Of a stretch of DNA of 64,000 nt, positions 10,897 through 20,829 are shown one piece after another. Each line of letters begins with the position of its first letter. The stretch's first letter is position 1. The DNA is taken from NCBI GenBank assembly GCA_035510465.1, contig DATKHC010000021.1:130876-194875 (forward strand), written 5' to 3'. This DNA comes from Candidatus Saccharimonadales bacterium (GTDB lineage Bacteria; Patescibacteriota; Saccharimonadia; Saccharimonadales; DATKHC01). The translations under genes and the position numbers were made by a program. Below the pieces are notes generated by a model. The model saw nothing but the letters and a program-made list of their open reading frames with translations, had not been told where the DNA came from and searched no databases.

Positions 10897-11457
10897 ATGA
10901 AAGAACCACTTATATTTGTAACGGGTCATCCAACTAAAGCAGAGCAGATTAGTTGGCATATAAATTATCCGATAAAAGCTCACAAATTAGACCTTAAAGA
11001 AATACAGTCACTAGATCCGGAAGAAGTGGTAAGGGCTAAGGCCTTAGAAGCCTATGAACATTTGCATCAAGCTTGTTTGGTTGAGGACGTTTCGTTAAGG
11101 TTTACGGCTCTTGGCAAACTACCAGGAACACTTATCAAATGGTTCTATGAAGAACTATCTACCACAGGCGTATGTAAATTACTGGATGCTTATGACAATA
11201 GAGAAGCTACCGTTAGTTCATACTTTGCGCTAACTACTAATGGTAGTAGCGTTCAAGTATTCCATGCTGACATTAATGGTCGGATTAGTGGTGCCCCGCT
11301 AGGCAATAATGGGTTCCTTAGTGACTCAATCTTTATCCCAGAAGGATTCGACATAACTTATGCTCAAATGACAGAAGAACAACAAAAAGAAAACTCCGTA
11401 CGAAGGCTAGCCCTGCAGGGATTAAGTGACTACCTTGAAAGAAACCCCATTAACTGA
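10897..11457 (+). CDS. rdgB: Non-canonical purine NTP pyrophosphatase (HAM1/RdgB/ITPase family)
   Basis: 186 aa. IFVTGHPTKAEQ.., ..LVEDVSLRFTALGKLPGTLIKW.. and ..NREATVSSYFAL.. follow the HAM1 family pattern. Confidence 0.7.
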   Translation: MKEPLIFVTGHPTKAEQISWHINYPIKAHKLDLKEIQSLDPEEVVRAKALEAYEHLHQACLVEDVSLRFTALGKLPGTLIKWFYEELSTTGVCKLLDAYDNREATVSSYFALTTNGSSVQVFHADINGRISGAPLGNNGFLSDSIFIPEGFDITYAQMTEEQQKENSVRRLALQGLSDYLERNPIN

Positions 11458-11496
11458 GACTCAGTTTTTGTAACTTACGGAACTCAACCTCTAGCC

Positions 11497-12231
11497 TCAG
11501 GACTCGCTGGCAACCTGTCCTAAGAATGACGCAAGTCTAGGGTCATAATCTCCATTGTCTATGGACTGTTGGAGTTTATCTACCGGATTTCCGTTGTGAG
11601 CTCTTTCTCTGTCGATTGCTTCCTGAACCCTCGGATCTCTATGCCCTCTGGAAATGACATATTGTGTACCACCCCTTGGGAGGTCCTTGAATGTTATCCC
11701 TGTAGGATGGCCAGAATCACCAAACTGATAGTCGCTTATTCTACTTAGGGCGAAAGACCACTTAGCAGAGGCCTCAACTACATGGTCGCCATCCGGATCG
11801 AACCATGTTCTGTCTTTTATGAAAAAAACTAAACCAGGCTCCTCTAATTCGGATCCTCGTATTGCTATTCGTTCGACTCGGAAGTCCTCAATCGTCCCAG
11901 ATTGACCTTCTCCGAGATCAGTAAAATGAATCTCGCCACCTATTATTCTTTCTCTTTCTAACTTAAGAGATGGATCCTCAAGATTGGGGTTCGCTAGAGC
12001 CAGTAACTCTTCTAACGTCCGAGGTGCTGTTGGTGCTAACATCTCCTCGTCAAATAATCGTCTTGCTTCTCGGGCAATCTCTATTTCATCTGTAGTTGGC
12101 TTGTAGTCAGGCCCCCATGATATGTCCAATGGGTCATAAGAGCGTGCCATATAACCCCACGTGCCAGGTACAATCTCGTCCCGGCTATCGTAGAGACCAA
12201 TTCCGTATACTTGTGTATCCTCTGCACTCAT
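11497..12231 (-). CDS. Hypothetical protein
   Basis: 244-aa acidic ORF with no recognised motif. Confidence 0.55.
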   Translation of the reverse strand: MSAEDTQVYGIGLYDSRDEIVPGTWGYMARSYDPLDISWGPDYKPTTDEIEIAREARRLFDEEMLAPTAPRTLEELLALANPNLEDPSLKLERERIIGGEIHFTDLGEGQSGTIEDFRVERIAIRGSELEEPGLVFFIKDRTWFDPDGDHVVEASAKWSFALSRISDYQFGDSGHPTGITFKDLPRGGTQYVISRGHRDPRVQEAIDRERAHNGNPVDKLQQSIDNGDYDPRLASFLGQVASES

Positions 12232-12414
12232 TGTTTAAATATTATACAACAAGCATATGGAGGACATTTTTCTTTACGTAGTCACACTGTGCTATCGAAG
12301 CAGTCCTCTAGAAATGACATGTTAATATCTTATTTATATTACATATAAAGAATCTAAGTTTAATTATATAAAAGTTTAATTAATTACCTAAACAGTTAAC
12401 TAAATAGTGTCAAT

Positions 12415-12936
12415 TTAGCACTTAATAAGATCACTTGCACGTATAGCTGGGAAGTCAAACCCAGGACCACCTTTACCCCCAAGAGCCCATGCTTCTTGAA
12501 AGGCTATGTAGTTTTTGTACTTTGTGCTTAAAGGCATTTTTAGTATTTGTATGTTATTCGCGTAAGTGTTCCCATAAACCGTGTTTTCAATGTTATTTAC
12601 GTTTGGTTTGCTAGCGTCAAACATATTTACATCGTAGTTGGCTGTAACATCAGGAGGAGTAGGGGTCTTTGGCAACACAGCTTTCCCTTTGACTTCCGTA
12701 GTACCAGACTCACAAGCATAAAAAGTTAAGCCAAGTTCATTCTTGTTTGGTCCTGAGCTAGGTGGAACTACTGTACCAATTAGTTGCCATCCATGAGGCA
12801 CTGTTGCAACACTTGCTGGTGTAGCGGCATGAGTTTGTGTCATTACGTATGTTCCTACTGCCGCAATAGCTAGGACAGCTACAGCTGCTACTAAATAATG
12901 AGCAACGCCTGACTGATTTAGTTTGTGTATTTTCAT
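12415..12936 (-). CDS. Secreted or membrane-anchored hypothetical protein
   Basis: N-terminal hydrophobic anchor HYLVAAVAVLAIAAVGTYV. Confidence 0.6.
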   Translation of the reverse strand: MKIHKLNQSGVAHYLVAAVAVLAIAAVGTYVMTQTHAATPASVATVPHGWQLIGTVVPPSSGPNKNELGLTFYACESGTTEVKGKAVLPKTPTPPDVTANYDVNMFDASKPNVNNIENTVYGNTYANNIQILKMPLSTKYKNYIAFQEAWALGGKGGPGFDFPAIRASDLIKC

Positions 12937-13088
12937 AATTTTACTATTCCTTTTTATTAGTAGATCTGCCTATATGCTACCCCCCCCGTTGTTAATGCAA
13001 TAGCCAGTAAGGTGGTTGTGGAAATCAAAGTTATGGGGGAGTAGACGGGCTAGCTGGTATAGTGACTACTCCTTGCTACAATAACTAG

Positions 13089-13511
13089 ATGAAAACCTAC
13101 CGATCAAAGTATGGCCAGTTACCCGGAACGTCTCACGCCAATGTCATACGAGCTGCTCGTTATGAATATCATAAGATACAAAAGCGTACCCCTAGACGTC
13201 AAGCCTATGTTCGTTCTAAGTACTTTAAGAACGATAAGATCTTTGTGAATCAGTTTTGGGAGCACCTCAAACAGAAACATGCTGGTGACCAATTACGACG
13301 TGCAAAACTATTCGTCTGTGCTATTGATCTTATTAGGCATAATACGTTAGACCCGGATACTATCTATACCTATACCAACATGAATGTAAGCCTGCACCGG
13401 TTTTATGGTCAGACAAAAGATGGCTTTATGTTTTGTGTACAAATTAGAGAAAACAAGCAATCGGGCAGAAAAGACTTTATGTCAGCTTTTCCCATGTCAA
13501 AATCTAAGTAA
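13089..13511 (+). CDS. Hypothetical basic protein (element-associated)
   Basis: 140-aa ORF, followed by a long imperfect hairpin at about 13522-13563. Confidence 0.55.
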   Translation: MKTYRSKYGQLPGTSHANVIRAARYEYHKIQKRTPRRQAYVRSKYFKNDKIFVNQFWEHLKQKHAGDQLRRAKLFVCAIDLIRHNTLDPDTIYTYTNMNVSLHRFYGQTKDGFMFCVQIRENKQSGRKDFMSAFPMSKSK

Positions 13512-13654
13512 ATGAAAAAGGCCTTCCGCACTGGGTAGCCTAGAAACTACGGGCCGAAGGTCTTCAGTGTTAAATAATACTCCTCTGTATCTGTTATGTC
13601 AAGAGAAAATAAAAAATAGGGACCGCATCCGCAGCCTCCAACCCTTAATTAAAA

Positions 13655-14548
13655 TTATACACTAAATAGCCTACGCCCCTCTTCCCATATTTCAGCTGTA
13701 ATATCTTGTTCTTGTAGTTTTTCGGTGGTGGTAAATCGTATATGGATATTCTCTGGGGTGTCATCATCATATATGTCTGCAATTAGTTTCTTTGTTCTTC
13801 GTTTAGCGTAGATTAAATCAACAAGGTTAGGGCAAACTAACAGTATAGTTGGTGGATTATCGTCAGCTGTTGCGTATTCCCACTCACCATCTTCAAGGTA
13901 AGTTAAATAGGCTTTAAGCCTAAATCTCAACCTATAACGAGGTAAGGTGCTATCAAAGACTTCTAATAGGTAATTCGTGGTTGTTCTACCTTTTTGTTTA
14001 GTAATACATAGGTTTGGACGTAGTGTTTCATGCTCAGCTAGGAAGTGATGGTCGCTATCAGGGTCAATGTAGTCAGCTTCAGTAAGGTAGGTATAGCGGG
14101 TGTTGCTTTTGGTTACTTTATCGCTAGTGTTACCGCCAACGCCACTATCAGTGGCGTTTATTGCTTTAAGTGCTAGGCAACAATCTGCTATTAGAATTGA
14201 CCTATCAATAAAGGTTTGGCTACGCTCACTATCTTTGTAGCGTTTTCTTACTTCTTCTAATGGGTAAAAAGGAGATAGTGTACCATTATCATCCCACCTA
14301 ACAGTCTTTAAGTAACATACCCCGTTAATACCAATATAGTAGATAGCTGGTTTACTCTTCTCAGTAAAATTTGTGGAGTATATCCACTGTACATAATCTT
14401 TATCTCTTAAGTCTTTTAACCAACTAATTATTCGTCTTTTATCTTTATGATTCATTAATGATTGTATCTGTATTCTATTTAAGTATCTATATCTATACAG
14501 ATGTCTTATTATTTCTTGTTGTTTAGTAGTTATCTTAGGTAGTTTCAT
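13655..14548 (-). CDS. Replication-relaxation family protein
   Basis: 297 aa. The N-terminal winged-helix-like segment ITTKQQEIIRHLYRYRYLNRIQIQSL..WLKDLRDKDYV matches the Replic_Relax pattern as I know it. Confidence 0.6.
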   Translation of the reverse strand: MKLPKITTKQQEIIRHLYRYRYLNRIQIQSLMNHKDKRRIISWLKDLRDKDYVQWIYSTNFTEKSKPAIYYIGINGVCYLKTVRWDDNGTLSPFYPLEEVRKRYKDSERSQTFIDRSILIADCCLALKAINATDSGVGGNTSDKVTKSNTRYTYLTEADYIDPDSDHHFLAEHETLRPNLCITKQKGRTTTNYLLEVFDSTLPRYRLRFRLKAYLTYLEDGEWEYATADDNPPTILLVCPNLVDLIYAKRRTKKLIADIYDDDTPENIHIRFTTTEKLQEQDITAEIWEEGRRLFSV

Positions 14549-14929
14549 ATAGTTAAGTTACTAGTAGTAGATATATAAGTTAGATAAGTAAGTATTTGTT
14601 TTAGGTATTAGTTATTAAGGTTTAATTGATTCGGTAGTTTATTCATTTTGCCAAACCCTCCTACTCCACTATTTTTAAAAGGTAGGTAACACAAATTATT
14701 CCACACTATCTTCGATAAACCATGAGTATGTTGTCACCGCCCATGGGGACAATTGATATAGCGCGTTCTTAAGACGTTTTCGGGAAACTATGGCATGCCT
14801 TTTGCTAGTTTTGTATACTAACGATCAAGAGGGTTTACGTGGCTTGCGAGCTAACGGAAGCCTTCTTCTTTAATTTATATGGATATGGCTTTAAGTATCT
14901 CTAAAAGTGCGTGATACAATACAACAATT

Positions 14930-15148
14930 ATGTCAGATGACAAAGCTTCAATAATAAGAACCGGTAAAAAGCTTAGAGCGGCTAGACGAAAGAATCATTT
15001 CACTCAAGCCGAGATAGCAAAGAAAGCCGGTATTAGCGAAAATCATTATGCTCAAATTGAGCGTGGCGAAAAAAACCCCACTATTTCCAACTTCAAGAAG
15101 ATAATCAAAGCTATTGGTGTCATGTCTACTGAAATCCTAGGTGACTAG
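14930..15148 (+). CDS. XRE-family helix-turn-helix regulator
   Basis: 72 aa. FTQAEIAKKAGISENHYAQIERGEKNPT is a classic Cro/C1 HTH. Confidence 0.8.
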   Translation: MSDDKASIIRTGKKLRAARRKNHFTQAEIAKKAGISENHYAQIERGEKNPTISNFKKIIKAIGVMSTEILGD

Positions 15149-15264
15149 AGCTAACTTTAGTTACTTCAAAAAGCTGTGCATAAGTCTGGCGTGGCTCTTG
15201 AAATTATTGCTAAAGCTATAGTAAACTATTGCTATAGGAATAGTTTACAGACAGGGTAACCATA

Positions 15265-15426
15265 ATGTCAGAAACGAGAGGGACGACAAATAAGACAAAG
15301 CAGCCACCAGAGGTTGCCTTATCTGAAGCTGAGCGCATTGAGTTAATCGCTAATTTAATAATCGACATTATTAGCGAGGAGCAAGAAAAACAAATTCCTG
15401 GGGACGAACTATGCAAAGTGAGTTAG
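15265..15426 (+). CDS. Micro-ORF upstream of the LSR (53 aa), candidate accessory/directionality factor
   Basis: Below the track cutoff. It overlaps the LSR start. It shares the helix motif ..ELIANLIIDIISEE.. with micro-ORFs upstream of other LSRs at 31529 and 55444. Confidence 0.35.
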   Translation: MSETRGTTNKTKQPPEVALSEAERIELIANLIIDIISEEQEKQIPGDELCKVS

Positions 15427-17138
15427 ACAGCAAAAACGCCGTAGCAGCTATTCGCGTTTCTACTACCAAACAAGGAACGGACGGTGATTCTCCGGAAGCT
15501 CAAAAAGAACAAATTGAGCGCTTTGCAAGCAATAAAGGTATCACAATCAAGAAGTACTTCGTGTTCATGGAATCAGCTTCCAAAGAGCAGCAACCTATGC
15601 AAGAAGCTATAGACTACTGTAAGAATCCAGAAAATAATATTGAGCTATTTATCATTAAGTCAATTGATAGATTTACAAGAGGCGGCTCACTCTCCTATGA
15701 TCTACTCAAAAACCAATTAGAAAACTGCAAAGTACGTTTAGTAGATATTTACGGCGTTATAAGCTCTGAGAAAATAAATACCCTCGAACACCTTAGAGTT
15801 TCATATAAATGGAGCGTATATTCGCCCAGCAAGAAATCAGAAATTTTAGAAGCTGAACGGTCAAAAGATGAACTACGCGACATTATGAGTCGGATGATTG
15901 GAGCTGAAATACGTTATGCACGTATGGGTTATTGGATGCACCAACCGCCTTACGGTTTTATTAGCGAAAAGCTTGATACTAGACACGGTAAACGTTGCGT
16001 ACTAAAACCTCACCCAACAGAAGCCCAGCTAATTATTAAAATGTTTGAGCTACGCGCCAAAGGCAATCTTTACGAGAAAGAGATAGTAGCCGAGATTAAC
16101 AAACTTGGCTTTAAAACTAGACTCCAGAACGTCCGTAGCAAGCTAGACCATACAAAAATAGTATCCAGGCGTGGTGGTGATCCCCTCACCGTTAAAGCTA
16201 TGCAAAAGTATATACAAAATCCTATTTACGCAGGAGTAAACGTTGAAAGATGGACCGAAGACAAACCTGTTAAGTGTGCATTTGACGGCTTAGTATCAAT
16301 TGAGCTATTTAACCGAGCTAATCAAGGCAAAAAGTTTATTGTTTTAGATGAACAAAACGTCCCAACTATACACAAAAAACTTCCGCCACCTCATCAACTC
16401 AACAAAGGTAGACGCAATCCAGACTTCCCTTATCGTAAGTTTATAGCTTGCCCACAGTGTCAGCGACCACTTCTCGGTAGTGCATCTAGGGGAAAGAACG
16501 GTAAATATTACCCAGCTTACCATTGCAGTAATTACGGCCATTACTTTCGTATTACCAAGCAGGAGCTAGACGAAACAGTTAGTGAGTTCATTGGTAGCTT
16601 ACAAGTATCTCCAAGCCGCATAAACACTGTAATAGATGCTGTCAAAGCCGAATGGCTACGAAGAAACCAGATACAAGGAAATGAGCTTCAAAGCTTAGAG
16701 GTACGCATTAAAGAGCTTCAGATGGAGGCTGAGACTACAATTAGAAAGATAAAGGTGTTAAGTAACGAAACGGTTATTAAATATATGGAGGAAGATATTA
16801 TGAAAATAGAACAGAAAATAAACACACTGACCCATCAAAAGACAGAAACAGAAGCCAAAAAGCCAGTGGATTTTCGTAGGGTCATGACTAAGGTACGTTA
16901 CCTAATCGAAAACCTCGATCAATTACTACTAAAACAGATTGACCCGATTAAAAAAGCTCAGTTTTTTGCAGCAATCTTTAACAGATTACCGTCTTACGAA
17001 GACCTAAAACCTGGAAACCCAAAAACAGCTCTTTTTACAGGGGTGAATCCAATTTTTAGCATAGCTAAAATGGAAAAATCTCTTGTGGTGCGCGGGGCGG
17101 GACTCGAACCCGCAAGCCTTTTGGGCAAGGGATTTTAA
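15411..17138 (+). CDS. Large serine recombinase; its 3' end overlaps tRNA-Leu antisense
   Basis: 575 aa. AAIRVSTTKQ catalytic motif, zinc ribbon CPQCQRPL..YHCSNYGH and a coiled coil. The last 17 codons (..VVRGAGLEPASLLGKGF*) are encoded by the antisense strand of tRNA-Leu. Confidence 0.9.
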   Translation: MQSELDSKNAVAAIRVSTTKQGTDGDSPEAQKEQIERFASNKGITIKKYFVFMESASKEQQPMQEAIDYCKNPENNIELFIIKSIDRFTRGGSLSYDLLKNQLENCKVRLVDIYGVISSEKINTLEHLRVSYKWSVYSPSKKSEILEAERSKDELRDIMSRMIGAEIRYARMGYWMHQPPYGFISEKLDTRHGKRCVLKPHPTEAQLIIKMFELRAKGNLYEKEIVAEINKLGFKTRLQNVRSKLDHTKIVSRRGGDPLTVKAMQKYIQNPIYAGVNVERWTEDKPVKCAFDGLVSIELFNRANQGKKFIVLDEQNVPTIHKKLPPPHQLNKGRRNPDFPYRKFIACPQCQRPLLGSASRGKNGKYYPAYHCSNYGHYFRITKQELDETVSEFIGSLQVSPSRINTVIDAVKAEWLRRNQIQGNELQSLEVRIKELQMEAETTIRKIKVLSNETVIKYMEEDIMKIEQKINTLTHQKTETEAKKPVDFRRVMTKVRYLIENLDQLLLKQIDPIKKAQFFAAIFNRLPSYEDLKPGNPKTALFTGVNPIFSIAKMEKSLVVRGAGLEPASLLGKGF

Positions 17139-17171
17139 GTCCCTCGTGTATACCAATTCCACCACCCGCGC
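17086..17171 (-). tRNA. tRNA-Leu (anticodon UAA), class II long variable arm, CCA encoded
   Basis: Manual cloverleaf: acceptor GCGCGGG/CCCGCGC, anticodon stem AGGGA/TCCCT with loop CTTAAAA, T arm GCGGG-TTCGAGT-CCCGC. Confidence 0.9.
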
Positions 17172-17182
17172 TTAATGTACTA

Positions 17183-17256
17183 TGGAGGCGCGTACCGGAA
17201 TCGCACCGGCGTAAAAGCTTTTGCAGAGCTTTGCCTAACTACTCGGCCAACGCGCC
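17183..17256 (-). tRNA. tRNA-Cys (anticodon GCA), CCA encoded
   Basis: Manual fold: acceptor GGCGCGT/ACGCGCC, anticodon stem AAGCT/AGCTT with loop CTGCAAA, T arm GCCGG-TGCGATT-CCGGT. Confidence 0.85.
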
Positions 17257-17315
17257 ATAATCGTTATCTTAACAGTTTTACTGTATAACAGCATAAACTG
17301 ATTGGCAAAGCTGGT

Positions 17316-19082
17316 TTAGTCATTCATAAACCCACCCGATTGATGGGCCCATAGCTTGGCGTAGCTACCATTTTTGGCAAGCAAGTCCTTGTGTGAGCCT
17401 TCTTCGACTATTTTGCCGTCATCTAAGACTATGATGCGATCCATTTTTTGAATAGTACTAAGCCTATGCGCAATCACAATAGCTGTCCGACCTTCCATCA
17501 GTTTCCAAAGAGCATCTTGAATTAAGACTTCACTTTCAGAGTCTAGTGAGCTAGTTGCTTCGTCTAGTACCAAAATGGGAGCATTCTTGAGCATGGCCCG
17601 AGCAATCGCAATGCGCTGACGCTGGCCTCCCGAGAGCTTTATGCCACGCTCTCCAACCAGAGTTTCGTAACCCTCAGGTAATGCCTCTATAAATTTGTCG
17701 GCATGAGCCATCTCCGCAGCCTGCTTGACTGCTTTTTCCGGGGCGTTAAATTCACCGTAAGAGATGTTATCGAAAAGTGATCTATGAAACATGATTGGCT
17801 CCTGGGGGACATACGCAATTTGACGACGCAAATCATTTTGCGTAAGTGAAGATATACTTTGCCCATCAATTAAAATCTGACCGCCATCAATATCACTGAA
17901 TCGCAGAAGCAGTCGCATGAATGTAGTCTTTCCCGAACCAGAGTGACCAACTAGACCAATCTTCTCGCCAGGTTTAATTTTTAAAGAAAGCTTGGAAAAT
18001 ATGGCATCGTCTTGACCTTGATGAGTAAAATCCACTTCCCGGAATTCTATCTCACCATCTTTTGTACTAGGCTTCTCTGGATTTACGGGATCTTTTATCT
18101 CAGGTTCAATGCCCAGTATTTTAATCATGTCAGTAGCGTCACCAAAAGACCGGTTATAATTTCGCAGCGAGCTTGTGCCGAATGTAAATAGCTGGGCTAC
18201 TATGGCGGAGGTATAGCTAAGGATTAGATAGACTGTAGCTATGTCAGATTTTAAAACCGTAACACCGACTACCGTCATTACGAGTGCGATTACGGAAAAT
18301 GTATTGGTAACCGCTGAGAGTGAGTTGTTTTGGCGATGTGAGGCTCTCATTAAATCTAGGGTTTGAGAGTGAGCCTGGTCAGTTATTTTCTTAAATTGTT
18401 TGGCTTCATAGTCGCTGCCTGAAAAGCTTTTTATTGCCATAACGTTAGTCATAGAGTCAGCTAAATAGCCAGTTTCCTTACTTTCAGTTTGGGCGACTTT
18501 GGCACTTAATTTGCGGACCCGTTTTGATGCAAGAATGGAAACTATAATAAATAGGATTGCTATCAAAATTAAAAAGACTGTGTAGAGGGGGGCGCGGCCC
18601 GACAAGATGATCGCTGAGAATACTAAGCTAGATATCATCGGAATTAATTGAAAGATTGTGGTATCTGCTGACCTTATATAACCACTCATAAGTTTATTGG
18701 TCTTTGAGACCAGGGAACCGCCGAAATTGTTTGCATGAAAATTGGCACTCTGGCTAATCAAATGGTTGAAAACAATTTCGGCTATGTCACGTTCAACTGA
18801 AGCTTCTAGTCGCCAGACGAGCTGGTCAACTACTCTCCACATAATGAAAGCTCCTCCGAAAATTAGGGCTGCATAAAGAGCAAAATCTCCCAAAAAGCTC
18901 TGCCAATGATGAGGATGATACTGCCCACCACTAAGACGGCCTAATACGTGAGCTAATATTAAAGGCGGTAAGTATTGTGATAACAATACTGTGACCGGCA
19001 ATACACATATAATTGCCCATGTGTATTTAGGGTATGTAAATACCCGTTTTAAATAGAATTTTAATATCTGGGGTGCTGGCAT
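17316..19082 (-). CDS. ABC exporter, fused permease and ATPase (MsbA/multidrug type)
   Basis: 588 aa. Six-TM N-terminal half, Walker A GHSGSGKTT, signature LSGGQRQR, Walker B ILVLDEATS. Confidence 0.9.
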   Translation of the reverse strand: MPAPQILKFYLKRVFTYPKYTWAIICVLPVTVLLSQYLPPLILAHVLGRLSGGQYHPHHWQSFLGDFALYAALIFGGAFIMWRVVDQLVWRLEASVERDIAEIVFNHLISQSANFHANNFGGSLVSKTNKLMSGYIRSADTTIFQLIPMISSLVFSAIILSGRAPLYTVFLILIAILFIIVSILASKRVRKLSAKVAQTESKETGYLADSMTNVMAIKSFSGSDYEAKQFKKITDQAHSQTLDLMRASHRQNNSLSAVTNTFSVIALVMTVVGVTVLKSDIATVYLILSYTSAIVAQLFTFGTSSLRNYNRSFGDATDMIKILGIEPEIKDPVNPEKPSTKDGEIEFREVDFTHQGQDDAIFSKLSLKIKPGEKIGLVGHSGSGKTTFMRLLLRFSDIDGGQILIDGQSISSLTQNDLRRQIAYVPQEPIMFHRSLFDNISYGEFNAPEKAVKQAAEMAHADKFIEALPEGYETLVGERGIKLSGGQRQRIAIARAMLKNAPILVLDEATSSLDSESEVLIQDALWKLMEGRTAIVIAHRLSTIQKMDRIIVLDDGKIVEEGSHKDLLAKNGSYAKLWAHQSGGFMND

Positions 19083-19366
19083 AGCTTATACTTCCCGAAC
19101 TGTTAAACAGACTTATTTTTTAACTCAAATCTCAACTAACTTATATATATTTACCTTTTTAGTGTTTTTAGATGTTAAGTTTTAAACCAGTTGTTTCTGA
19201 TTGATAATGCTAAATAAAAAGAGTCTCTTTTTGGCAATTCCGTCATATAATAACAGAAGTTATGGGGAAAATATATAGGGTGGAAAACATTTTAGTCCTA
19301 TCAAAACGAAACGTTTGGGATTATTTGCAAATTGATTTAGTGTTTCTAAATTCTAATTAATCACTG

Positions 19367-20134
19367 ATGAATAGACTCCCCAGACAAGCAATTCGAAAAG
19401 TTCCTGAAATTACAGCTCTGTTTTGGATTACCAAACTGCTCACTACGGCTATGGGTGAAGCTACCTCGGACTTTCTTGTATTTCGAATCAACCCATATTT
19501 TGCTGTGTCACTAGGAGGGGTTGCGCTTTTAATCGCTCTGATACTACAATTTTCCGTTCGCAAATATATACCTTGGGTTTATTGGTTAACCGTTGCTATG
19601 GTAGCCGTATTTGGAACTATGGCTGCCGATGTTCTTCATATTCAATTTGGGATTCCGTATATAGAAACTACTATTTTCTTCGCTATCATTCTTATTATAG
19701 TTTTTATAGTTTGGCACAAAAGCGAGAAAACGCTTTCCATTCACAGTATATATACTCCTCGAAGGGAGATGTTCTATTGGGCCACGGTGATGGCGACCTT
19801 CGCTCTTGGTACCGCCGCCGGCGATCTAACAGCAACCACGATAGGGCTAGGTTATTTCTCATCAGCCCTTTTATTTAGTGGCGTGATAATTGTTCCGGCA
19901 GTAGGCTACTGGCTATTTAGATTGAATCAGATTACAGCATTCTGGCTGGCCTACATTTTGACACGACCCATCGGAGCTTCTTTTGCAGATTGGACAAGCA
20001 AAGCACACACTGTTGGCGGACTCGCTTTTGGTGACGGCCATGTCAGCTTTTTTTTAACTGCAATAATTATTGTCTTTGTTGCTTACATGAGTATCTCTAA
20101 AAGAGAAGTTAAAAGAGAACGAAGTCGGATATAA
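19367..20134 (+). CDS. Polytopic membrane protein
   Basis: 255 aa with multiple hydrophobic helices. N-terminus is KVPEITALFWITKLLTTAMGEATSD. Family not assigned with certainty. Confidence 0.6.
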   Translation: MNRLPRQAIRKVPEITALFWITKLLTTAMGEATSDFLVFRINPYFAVSLGGVALLIALILQFSVRKYIPWVYWLTVAMVAVFGTMAADVLHIQFGIPYIETTIFFAIILIIVFIVWHKSEKTLSIHSIYTPRREMFYWATVMATFALGTAAGDLTATTIGLGYFSSALLFSGVIIVPAVGYWLFRLNQITAFWLAYILTRPIGASFADWTSKAHTVGGLAFGDGHVSFFLTAIIIVFVAYMSISKREVKRERSRI

Positions 20135-20156
20135 ATAGGTGGCTAAGTTATTGACA

Positions 20157-20768
20157 CTACTTGGCTGGTTCTAAAACGATTTGGATTGTATCCGCGCTAA
20201 GGCCGGTTATAGTATCGAGCCGTCTAAGTGTCCTGGGATCCTGATAGTGAGCTAAGTTATCGGTATAAAGCAGCGCCATAGAACAATGGGGCGCATATTC
20301 GCCGTCGTCGTTAGGATCTGTTCTGAGCGAAAAGCCTTTTCTTCGAAACCCATCTTCTAAGTCTTCGACTTCTTGTTCCAGCTCCTCGCTTATTAGAGCA
20401 ACCCCTAGTTTTGCTTTGGTTTCGGTGTCATAAATACTTAATTTCCCCAACCCAACTTCCAAAGCAGAACTGGTAGAAAGTACCTTTCTGACAACCTCAG
20501 AAGTTGGCGGACCTGTCCCAAGATGGCGTCTATCGAATCTAGAGAATCCGACTACAGTAACCCCAAGGGTTCTGACATCAAACAAACGGCCAGTAGAGCG
20601 TATTTCGGGCTGCAAAATATCTGAGATGACTTGCAGACTTTCTTGACTCTCGGGTGCAACCCTACGTCTGACAGCGAAGACTCCTCGCCTGTTAGCCCTT
20701 TCTAGGTTATGTGCTTTTGCTTTTTGTGGTCTGGTTCTTCGGTTTTTCACCGCTTGTCCTACCTGCAT
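20157..20768 (-). CDS. Hypothetical protein
   Basis: 203-aa ORF with no recognised motif. Confidence 0.45.
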   Translation of the reverse strand: MQVGQAVKNRRTRPQKAKAHNLERANRRGVFAVRRRVAPESQESLQVISDILQPEIRSTGRLFDVRTLGVTVVGFSRFDRRHLGTGPPTSEVVRKVLSTSSALEVGLGKLSIYDTETKAKLGVALISEELEQEVEDLEDGFRRKGFSLRTDPNDDGEYAPHCSMALLYTDNLAHYQDPRTLRRLDTITGLSADTIQIVLEPAK

Positions 20769-20829
20769 TTAATAATAGCAAGAAATAACCCCTTGCATAA
20801 AGACTTCGTCGCAAAAACTACTAGTTCAA

